DNA of 64,000 nucleotides from assembly GCA_012026655.1 (NCBI GenBank), contig JAAILG010000145.1, positions 62,001-126,000 on the forward strand, in the 5' to 3' direction. Under the pieces are notes generated by a model that worked only from the letters and a program-made list of their open reading frames with translations, was not told where the DNA came from and searched no databases. The position numbers and the translations under genes were made by a program. The DNA comes from Hydrolagus affinis. Its lineage: Eukaryota. Positions 26,951-38,500 of this stretch are shown here, piece after piece; the stretch's first letter is position 1; each line of letters starts with the position of its first letter.

Positions 26951-29900
26951 ACGATAGAGAGAGAAAGAGACAGAAGCAAGCAGCCTGCCTTTGAACACAG
27001 CTATATGGTAGTGAAAGGTGCACCTTTACATCTATTGACTCTGTTCTGAGCATTTCCTCACCTAATGTAGGTGTTGCCTGAATCCCTCTCTCATTCTCAG
27101 ATAGATGTCCTCTGAATCTGTTCCTCTACTGAAGAAGGGTTACTGTAAGGTTGTAACCAGCACTGGCATGGAAAGAGAGCACTGATGTATAATAGATCCA
27201 ACATTATTATCATTATATTATCCTGACAAAGACTCTGCCTTGCACACAATGCAATAAGCCCCATGAGTGCGCAGGTGGCTTTCCCTAATACTGTATTACT
27301 TACTTATACATGGTGTCCATTTAATAACTGCATCAATTAAGTAACTCCCAACATCAGAATTATTTACGAATCAATTCTCTTTTTGTGTCTCCAACAATAA
27401 TCATGGCACACGTTGTTTCGATAAAGGAACCACATGGATTCAGTGGAAGAATTCCTTTATAGCATTATATTTGGTTTCCCACATGCTGGCAATTCACAGC
27501 CACGCAGCTCTGGGTTAGGAGCACGAGGTCCCATGATAATGCACAGGCCAAGGTCTGAGAGTGGAATATTTCAACCAAAATTGCAATGCTGCTGCCATAT
27601 CACCTGAATAGTGCAAGATCCCCATCGTGTGGTAGAATGAAAAATAGCAGTTCAGGAGCCAAAACAGAATTTGCAGTTTAAACAGCAAATGGTGGAATTT
27701 AAGAACAGGCCAATCTGCATTCCGGCTTGGTCATCTACACAGAGCATAGAGCAGAACACACCTCTCTATATTATCAAGACCAAGGAAGCTCATTCAGGGA
27801 AGTTCACTCTTCAATATCGTCCATTCACCTGGAGGATATTTAAGGCCATGATTTGAAAGGATAACACAAAAACAATCGATCATTTATTGAAAGCAGATGG
27901 GAGAGAGGGGAATTGCGCAATGCGTTTAAATTCTGGGCATTGGTCATCTGAATTTTTCACTAACTTCTCAGGGAATCCAAATATACCATCATATACAAGT
28001 TCCCTTCTCCATAGGTTCTCAATGTTGAAACTGGGACTCTTTCATATTCTTTTCAGAATCAATGATCCAAAACAGATTGGATGGCTGTTTCTTCCCAACC
28101 ATGCGTTCATAAGTTCTGACCAGTAGAGGGCAAACAAGGATACAGTATCTCAATTTCAAATACAGGCTCTTAAAAAAAAGGAAGAGATTTATTTATTGCT
28201 ATTCCAGTCTCGTCTCCAATGATCTGTCTATTTGCATTTGGCTGGAGTTTGTGTGTGTGTGTATGTGTGTGTGTGAGAGAGCGAGGGAAAGGAGAAGGTT
28301 TCCAATACATTTCACAGCATAGATCTTGTAGTATGTGAGTATTGTACATCCTGCTAAGTTTTGCACTTTAAGCCCCTAGCTTTCAGCAAGAGAATCATTT
28401 CAGGACAACAATTAGTGATGTGGATTTTTCAGTTCAACGATTCAAACTGACGACTATGGAGTGACCTGCATTCATTGTACCAGTGATAATATGGAGAACA
28501 ATCATCCTACTGTTAACGGAGAAGTCCGTAGAGAAACAAAAAGATCCGTGCTCTACACCGAATTTAAACCGATACCATTTGTTGCTCAAGATGGCTTACA
28601 ATGGAAGTGGCTAGCAAGTGAGGATGTTTTGAGGGCAGTCAAAATTCAGTCGTTACTTCCCTTTTTACTCCAAAAAAAATTCTGAATATCAATGAAGGTA
28701 CCGAGTGTGAGAAGTGCAGAAGGAATATCTTGTGCAATGTTTAGCTTTGGCGACTGTTTACGCCACTCGAAAAAGAAACCAACAGTCAGAGTTCCCAGAT
28801 ATCATGGGAATTCCCTCATAACCACAGTGAACTTGGAATTGTAGGCTTTTTAGTGCTTCCTGCCTGGCTATGCAATGGCAGGTACATGCCAGCCAGAGTG
28901 GTTACAGCAGGTGAAAGGCAATTGTCGAGATAGAGGCCAAAAAATTCCTCCAAGCCTCAGCCTTCAAGGCCATTTTGCCTTAAAAGCATTAAAATTGTGC
29001 AAAGATTCTTGCATATGTTTCGCTTTGGAAGCTGGTTCTTTTTATGAAGTGCAGAAAACCAGGTCTATTTCAAATAGTCCTAAAAAATATACCACAGTTG
29101 ATCATTCTACCCCAAGCACTTTTTTTCCCCCCCAAGAGAAATAAACTATGAATGACCAACCAGCTTGTTGTAAGAAAGCAGAATCAAACATTTTGCAATG
29201 ATTCTAAACACAATTCTGCCACATTTAAGGTCGTGGATTTAAGCATACACTGGAAACCTTCAGCAATTGTGTTGCAAGGAGCTGGGGGCCTGTTCAGCTT
29301 CCGAACAGTTCCCCAATCCTGTGATCTTATCAGGGGGGAAAGACAAGAGAAAAAGTGAACCTGTTTATTTTACTGCATTTGAAACAAAATGTGTCCTTGC
29401 TTAGAAACTTTGTATGAGATTTTATTTTTTAAAAACTCAAATACGTACCACAATGAATATACCTCTAAACGGTGCAGTGTGAATGTTTTTTTTACTCCAA
29501 ACTGTTACTAGGAACAGCAGAAAGAAGTGCAATTCCCAGAGGATTTCATGCAGACGCTTCACAACCTGAACTTCCTACTGAAGAAAGTAAAAGGAAACGA
29601 GCCACTCACTTGCAAGACCCATCCCGCCGCTGCTCTCTGTCCATTTCCTTCATGAATTTCAGCGTTAATCTTTCTAGAAGAGTCCCAGTCCGAGAGCCTC
29701 ACCCCTGGTGTGTGTGCACGCCAAAGTGGCCACACACCGAGAGCTAACGATCTTCAGCTGTGATGACCACTTAAGACTGCCCGGCACCAAGAGGCCAGCT
29801 GAACACTAACGAGGAATCCCTGATACTTACAGTTACCACTCACCCCTCTACCTAAAATCTAAATCATTGACGTTGACGAGAACGGTAATCCACGCACAAG

Positions 29901-31169
29901 TCATTTTCTCCCCCACCCATCCACAATTCCAGACTTTCAGAGCTTAACTGCAACATACATTTCATTGGGTTACACACAGTCAATTCACTTTACAGTATAT
30001 CCTAAAAAACGTGAAAAGGCGCTATATCAAATGCAAGGATTATTATTCCAGTGTTATATATTGGAACACAGCCTTGCACCATATAAATGCAAGTTGTTGT
30101 TATGTGTGTGCATATATATATTATATATATATACATATATACACACACACATTACACATATACATTTTAATGCTGCTTTCATCTGTACACTCATCTGCTC
30201 TCATCTGTGCACTGATTTAAACATTTGGGCCACAGAAAGTTAAAAAAAAGTGTCTTCAGTTCCATGAAGATAGAATTTTCATAGCACCATCAAATATTGA
30301 AGTATCTCAAAGTCCCTCGTACTAATTATTGACAATTGTCATGACTTTCTGTACAGAATAAAAAGTAAAAGACATAATGAATATTTAAAATACTCATTTA
30401 TTTTTAAATAGGTACTAAACACTGTATTAATGCATGTTCAATAACATCTGCACAATGCAACTAACCGAAGTTAGGGGTATACACGGAAACAACAGGTGAA
30501 TTGCTGTAACAGTGAAGTGATACATGCTACAGAAAGCAAGCCTTACCGATAAGTTTGGCACTTTGGGTAAATCTCTACATGCACATCACGTTCTAAATAC
30601 TGTGAAGCCATCATTTAGAGGACAAATGATCTCAGCTGGTTTAGAAACTATAATCACTGTACTACCAAAATAGTAACAATTATACACCAGTTCTAACCAA
30701 AGAGAATCCATATCAAGTCATTATTCAATCATCGGACAACAGTTACATGAACTTCCGTAGCAAATATAAAGTTAAAACATAACAGTCAACATTTTACCCT
30801 TTTAAAAAGTTAGTAGTCGATTTTTATCTACATGTTCCATAAACAGGATTGTTGCTAATCTTAGCTAAATAGAATTTCTAAAAGCCCTCCCACACACACA
30901 CACCAACACAGCTATACACTATTCTGAATTTGTTGGGCCTCTAGCATGCAACCATTTCAGAAAATTATTTTGCTCCAGCATTATTGCTATTAATACTTCC
31001 AGATTGTTGTGTGTTCGTTTCACAGTAATTCTGTGTCTTTTAACTTGCACCACTTAAAACCACAGCATTGTGTTAAACCGTAAGGAATTTCAGCACCTTA
31101 GGACGTCCTGCTGGACATAACGGGCGCGATATAAATGCAGTTTGTTGTTATTGCTCTGTTGTTGAATTC

Positions 31170-32438
31170 TCAGAATACTTTGAACATTTATTAATGAAAG
31201 ATTGCCTGTGTTTTAAACAGCACATATTCCAGGTATCAGTCTCTCCTCACTTTCCCAAAACTAACAATGCTCAACAAAGTCTCAATTTATTCTGCATGTC
31301 TGTCTTTCTGTCTGACTGACAACAGACACAAAATGGTAGGCTAATAATGGTTTATAATACAGTTGATCGAAATTCTAGGCTAATTGCACAAAAGATCCAC
31401 ACAAAAAAACTACAAAAAAAACGAAAACCCTCAAATATATTAAAAACACATTTAAAAAATTAACAATAAAAAAATTACTTACCAACTTATCTATTGTGGG
31501 TGGTAGAGGCGAGAGCTCAGTGAATGAGTCCAGCCAGCCTACAATTCAGAACGTTGTACAATATTAGATTTCCAGAGAGAAAGACCAGAGGGAAATGTTT
31601 CCCCCACCTCTAAATGAACAGAATTTCTGCTGAGATTACTAATGGTTTAAAAGAATTTATCATGTGAACAAAACCACCAAAGGCCAAAATTAGATATAGT
31701 AAAACCAAACCAACTGTTGTGCAAGTCAATGTCTGTGGGCTGATATCACTCATTAGGGCAGCAAAGATATCAGTTATAAAAATTATGAGACAGAACAAGC
31801 CCCCAAGCAAGTTATAGTAAATTTTCAGTCCATTTCTGGTAGAATGGGGGTAAGGAGGATAAATCTCCATTCCACCAGAGGGTGACTGAAAATTTACACG
31901 AGTTACCCCATTCACCATTCTGTTCTAGAAATATCCTATCAACTTAGGTGGTTCTCTCTCAGGCTCACATGAAAGGTAAAGACTGCCGCAAGACAAGTCA
32001 GGAATGATGCTGTGAATGAAAATGGATAACTTAACCTAAAGACCATCACATGAGTTGGTGAATCTGCAAAACAACCCAGTCACTTCCCAGGTCAAAAATC
32101 AGGATTGCATTACACTAACAAAAAAAACTGCCACATAGGACAAAACAATAACATAGAACTTTGGTGCATTAGAAGCAAAATTGTAAATGAAGAGGACAAG
32201 ATTTACTAAATAGCTAACGCCTAGCTTCACATCGAGGCAAAAATGAACTATTAGTCCTTAGGAATGTTTGGACCCATAATATTAATATTTTAAGCATAAA
32301 ATTATTTTTTCGTATAACAGTTTCAGATCAGTTCTGCCTCCACGTTGAACAAGTCCAGAACATTGAGAGTGTGTGACCACATGGTACTGTAGTTGAAGAC
32401 CGTTCTGAACACTTCCGAGCGCTGGTGAAGTGGGCGGC
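31170..32438 (-). other. SWAP70: Probable SWAP70 3' UTR with candidate poly(A) signals
   Basis: Repeat-free, U-rich sequence after the stop. Minus-strand AATAAA at 31291-31286 and 31192-31187. The true 3' end cannot be determined from sequence. Confidence 0.55.
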
Positions 32439-32551
32439 TCACTGGGCGGCAGCATGTTTCTGTTGCTGCCAGTTCTTTTCCCTCAAGGTCAACTCAGCAT
32501 CTGTAAAAGCAGCCGGTCCCCAATTGGTGATCAGCTGATGGTTCTTTGGAC
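32439..32551 (-). CDS. SWAP70: SWAP70 exon 12, coding part ([37 protein letters not shown])
   Basis: Acceptor tttttctag|GT; TGA at 32441-32439. Confidence 0.96.
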
Positions 32552-35500
32552 CTAGAAAAATTCAAATGTATAATTCAAACAAAGAATTTGATGTATGGAA
32601 ACTGCACTGTGAGCCCTGATAATAACCCTTGCATCTGATATTGCACTTGATCACATCGATGAAGTATTTTGAATCACTTCACAGGAATTAAAAATATAAT
32701 ATGTAGTGACTATGTATGTAGGCAAGCACAGCTGGCAATTTATGCACAGCAAAGTCCCATTATTAAACGAAGGACCAATTTTTATCTGGTGAACTGGTTG
32801 GCCTGGACATTGGGTGAAGCTCCTTTGGCTTTTTAAATAGTGTCCTGGGATGTTTAACATCCACCTGAACAGGCTCAGTTTGGTATTCCATCTAAAGAAC
32901 GGCGCTCCTGACAATGATAATACAATCGCAATGCTCAGCTGCATCTGAACTGCAGTCACTGCGGACTATCAAAACAAATTGCTGACTTGGAACTTGATCC
33001 TGCAACTTTCTAAATCAGACATAAGAGTGCCACCAATTGAGTCAGATTAACACCATAAGAAGTCGTTAATTTGCTAAACCCCAAATCCACGTTTGGAGCA
33101 ATGCCACTGTAGCAACATAGTAAAGTGAGCATAACACAGGCATCCAGATGTTAAATTGAAAGCCAACTTTCATTTTTTTTTAAAACACAGAGCCAATTGC
33201 ACTTCTGCATATCAGAACACTGGGACTGGTCAAACACCTCAACATTGTAAGAATGTTGATGATATCTTTGTTTGTTGTCCTACCTGGCTCTATAAGTCGC
33301 AGCAGTCCTTCATGTTTGGCCACTTTGTCCTTCCAGTTCTTGGTCTTGTTAGCTGCCAGCTCCAATTTTTTTGATATTTCCTGTTCCAAAAATAAAAAAA
33401 GGAGCCAAGATATTAAACTGGGCTGTCGTAGGCACCACATTTGCACAATGAAACAGCAAACAGCCTGTTAGTGTATATATATATTTTTTTTTTCAAATGA
33501 ATCCTGTACTTCCTTATACTGTACAAATCAAATTCTCCCCACAGATAAGGACCATGATAAACTGTGTTATCAGTACCAAACAGTAGAACCAAGAGGCATT
33601 GACCTGTGATTGAACAAGGGTAATTTCAGAACAAAGCCAAGGAAACACTACTTCAGTGAGCGAGTAGTAAACTTATGGAGCAGGCTTCCTAGGGAGACAG
33701 CTGGTAAAAGCAGAAAATGTCATGTTTCAAGAACAAATTAAGGTCGATTTCTGCTAGAAAACAATATCTCGGGATACAGTGTATAATTTGGGACACAAAA
33801 AGTCAAGCAAACGGCAGGATGGTGGAAGGCGAACTGGATGAACCTCGGTCTTCTTTCGCTGAGCATTTTCTTATGTTCTTACGGATTGTGTGGCTTAGCT
33901 TATTATAGTAACTGAGATGACAGCATAGAGCTGCAAACCAACAAGAAGCTCCATTGGCCTTTGAGGCAAAACATTATTGTGCAATCTACAGGCAAGAGGA
34001 GACCACGTGACAGCTGATTGCTCTTACATCATATTGCTCAAGCACTTGCACTCGCTCCATTGCCAGCTTCTCTAGCTGCTCCATAGCTATCTTCAGTTCT
34101 TCGTCCTTTTTGGCTCGTTGTTTTTCCAACTCCTGCTTTTCTGCCTCTGTCATCTGTATGGCTTGTTGCTGCTGCAAATGCAATCTCTCCAGATCTGCTC
34201 GTTTAGCACACTCCTCTTCCAGTAACCTGGAGAAGCAAAAGGGACAGATCCCGATTGTAAAAGAGAGTGTCTCATTTTAATTGCTGCACAGTTTGAAACA
34301 TTGATGGGAGGACAGAAGGATGGGTATTCGGGAAGGATGAGATCAAACGCCCTTCTTCATCCAAACCAATCTTTTGATTGTGTAAATTTTAAGGGCTTTG
34401 ATATAAAAAAAGTTGTGAAACCTGATTTAAAAACTACAAACTAACACCAAACCTATTAAATAACAACAACAACTTCGATTTATATAGTGCCCTCCATGCC
34501 GGATGGCGTCTCAGAGCGCTTAAATAAGCACATTAGAAACTAAGCACATCTAGAAACCAAAAGCAAAATGTTTTAAGATCTGGCCGAGCCAAGTGGTGCC
34601 TGATCTGTAGAGCTTCCAAGACTTCCAGGAATAATAGTCAGATCCAAACAAACGGTTCTAATTTTACTTTGGATCAAATATAAAACGAGTTCTGAAAATG
34701 TCATACTCATTTGAGGTTTTCTTTCATAAAAGTTATGGTTATTGGAAGTGGGTTTGGATGTGATCATGACAACATTGAGAACTTTTGGCTCCTATGGACC
34801 GTTGATTGATATAGTCTATCCAGCCAATTTCCTACTACAGTAGTTATCCTCAAAATGCACCAAAACTCCAAACTAAACCCTCAAATCCAAATCTCACAGC
34901 TTATTGAAACCCAGCACTAATTTGATTTTGTTAAACGTTTCTGTACAATTACCTGGCCTGCAGTTTTCGGATCATTTCCTCATCTTGCCTTGCCTGCCTC
35001 TCATCCTCCAGAGCTTCTTCAAGCTTCTTGTACATTTCTTCCAGCTCATGCACACGTTGTAGGTGCTGTTCCAGTTCAGTGGACTTCTGTGCTACTTGCT
35101 TCTCCATCTGCTCTCTAACCTAGAGACAACAGTGCACAGATCTTAATTCTTACCTTGCCTGATTGATCAATAAATAAACCAGTCAATAAATATGCTGGGA
35201 ACAAAATTAAGGGCTCAGCACTATCAGAATGATTATTGTGCTAGGGCATTGAGATTATAAATAATATTTGTATTTCACATCATTGAGACACCTCACAGTG
35301 CTTCACAGAATATAATGTGAAGCGAATTGACTATTTTGTCGGAGAAATGAGGTAGCCAATTGTGCACCGCAGTGATCCCCCAAACAGCCATAGATTGATT
35401 TACCAAGATATTATTCTTTTATTTGTGGAGGGATTATTACCCCAAAAAAGCGATCGATTAACAACTGGGTTCCTACTTACCGCTAGGTAAATAGAACGAG

Positions 35501-38500
35501 TGGAGTAAGGAAACTTCCCTAAGATTTTGTCCTTAAAGGAATTGAGGTGAGGTCTCAACTAATACGTGTATAATAGAAATATAGTAGACAGAGAACATCT
35601 CAGTCATGGTGCCATGAGAACCTAAGACTGTATATGGCTACCATGAACCCAACTCAACTCTTTGTAGGGACTTTTTAAAATTACAAGGACTTGTTGTAAC
35701 AAGCATTGAATTTATAAATCATCAGTTGCGCTGTATGTAGGACTCAGCAGAACATTGCGAAATTATTGTAGTAGCCTCACAAACAATCCTTCCAAATTGT
35801 GTCAATGCACACCCATCAGGGAAGAAAAAGGCTAGCAGTAAGCACAGTGGCGGCCTTAATAAAAAGTTGAACCCAAATTAACCTGATTTCTGAGAGGAAG
35901 AGTCATGCACTATTTATGTCACCATCTGTTGGTGAGACCATAAGAACATTATGAAAGCCAGAAGTTTCATCCAAAGCATTTCTTCAGCTGTAGCCACACC
36001 CCACAGGAAATTTTGAAATAACACTACACCCTTACTTTTATCTTTGAATCAGTGAAATAATTTAGAATGTCAACCTTCGCTAACAGTCTAGTCAGATTTC
36101 CCATTCAAATATGGGTCATCTGTCCTTGAGTTGATCTAGTTTTCAAGGACAAAAGCAAAGATTTCAGAACAATCTAATTCAATAGACGTGTTCCTGAGGT
36201 AGTGGAGTTTAATATTGCTTTTATCTGTAGAGTTTGAGATCAAATCCGCTTTCTCTTGATTAAGTGGGTGACAATAAAATATATCAACTTATTTCGTAGC
36301 AGGCAAAATCCAAGGCAAAAACAATTCAGAACTTGGCACTCACTCAGACCCCACAGATGCTTGGTGTTCAAATTGCTATTGTCACCAATCAAGATACTAA
36401 GTGTGGAGAGAGTTCACTTGGCTTCCAGCCAGCACTTTACTTTCCCTGGGAGTGTTTAATGTCTGGAAAACTAAAATGCTCTCTGATAGCGATATCACTC
36501 TCCTCATTCAAGATAACTTAATAATTTATAAAGTGCACCAGTTCTAATGAGAAAGCTTTTCCATGCCAGTTTAATGACTGGTCTGTGAACACAGTTCCCC
36601 AAATTCTCATCTAAAACTAATCCCTGGGAGCAGCTATTCCTCCCAATTAGCTACTGCTAACTCTCACTTTGTTTGGGATACCAGGAAGCATGGTTATCAC
36701 TTTCTCAATGAACCAGATACCCAGCTGCCCAACAAAAAACTAGTCTGACCCATTGTGGGAAACACAAAAGAATTTCACTTTTGTTGCTCAAGTATAAATC
36801 GCAATCTGGTGCACTTGATACAAGATAACGTCACCAAAATTAATCCTTAGACCATAGCAAGCTCTTCAAAACTAAATATTAACAATAGCTTCAAGCAATA
36901 AGAACAAAATGTATAGCATCTTTCAAGTCGCGAGGACTAACGAAGGAGCAATTAACTAACGAAAGCCGTGAATCAAGAAGTGATTATGAATGAGCGAGAA
37001 CAGCAAATTGAATTTACCAATTTTTCCTTCTCTAGTTCTTGCCTGAAACGATCTTGCAATTGCATTTGGGACTGCAGGCGTTTCTTCTCCTCCTGTGCAG
37101 CCTTGCTGGCCGAGGACTCCAGCTCCTACGCAAACAGAAATGGGAAAAATTCAGGACAACTTCTGATGATGATAATAATCTTTGCATTTGATATAATGGC
37201 GCCTTATCGCGTCTTTGAGACATCTCAAACCACTTCACAGACTATACTGTAAGGTGAATAGACATTCGATTTTGTGGGCAAAACGCAGGGGCCAATTATG
37301 CACAGCAATTTGGAGTAACAGGTTTTCACTGCAAAGTAACAGCTGTACTTTTTCCTCTGAAAGTGCTGACTTTCTTACTGGTACCACAGCCAATCTCTGT
37401 TCCCTGACCCAAGTGCCCATTCATCGTGTGGGCCAGGATGATAAGTGCTAGGTCAACAGTGTCTCACCAGAAACATTGCGTAACAATATACTTGACTATA
37501 TTAATTTAACAATGGAGGATACTACAGCAAAACTCAATTCCTGCCTGGTCCACTTTAAGTTCTTGATGTCTTATGACACTGTTTTGAACGAGAACAAAGT
37601 TTCTTCTCATGTTGGATTAGACCAGTGGTTCCCAACCTTGGGTGCCGACCCAAATAAGGGTCACCGGGGTACTCAGTAGGGTCGCGAAGGGTCATTAGAA
37701 AATTATATTTTTTCTTTTTTAATGTTGAAAAGTGCCCAAAGCGACCAATTTGTATGAAAGACCGTACTAGCGAGTTGCACTGAGTCCACAAAAGACACGG
37801 AGGTATCGTCTTGGCTGAGCTTCGCTTCAGTCGCTCAGTCGCCCCCTACGGGTCGGGGGGTCCTGTTAGTGGCCAATTTAGGGTCGCAGCTAAAAAAAAA
37901 GGTTGGGAACCACTGGATTAGGCTGTTACCATATGGTTGTTTGTGCTCATCCAACAAACACGCTCTTCCAGCTTTGACCTCTAGATTGCAATCAGGAGCT
38001 GGAAAGGTGAGAGTGTAAGGTGGGGGCTGGGGAACACTGGCTCTTGGAAATCAGTAACCACAAGCTTGTTCCTATTTTGTGCCGTATTGTGGTAAGCATC
38101 AAAAGAATGAGCTGCTGTAATTCTTGGAACTGGACGCAAGGAAAAAAAACAAGAGTCACACCATCAAATATTAGTCACCAGATCACCTTCTTATTCATTG
38201 ATGATTACGGTGGAGCTCCATTAGAAGGCGATAATAATAACAACAACAATAACTCGGATTTATATATAGCGCCCCCCACACCGGACGGTGTCTCAGAGCG
38301 CCTCACAATAATGGATCCCGGGGCTGAGCCAAGGTGAGGGGAAAAAGGTGACCAAAAGCGTAATCAAAAAGAAAAATCTTTAGGTGCAACCTGTAAATAG
38401 GAAAGGCGGGGGCAAGGCAAAGGGAGTGGGGAAGAGAGTTCCAGAGTCTATGGGCATAATGGCTGAAGGCACAGCTTCTGACAGTAGAAAAGAGGATTCA

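Noticed and set aside
28461-28685. ORF containing AQDG and KIQS, reminiscent of the SBF2 C-terminus
   Set aside because: Spacing and intervening residues do not match, and there is no supporting exon structure. Treated as coincidence.
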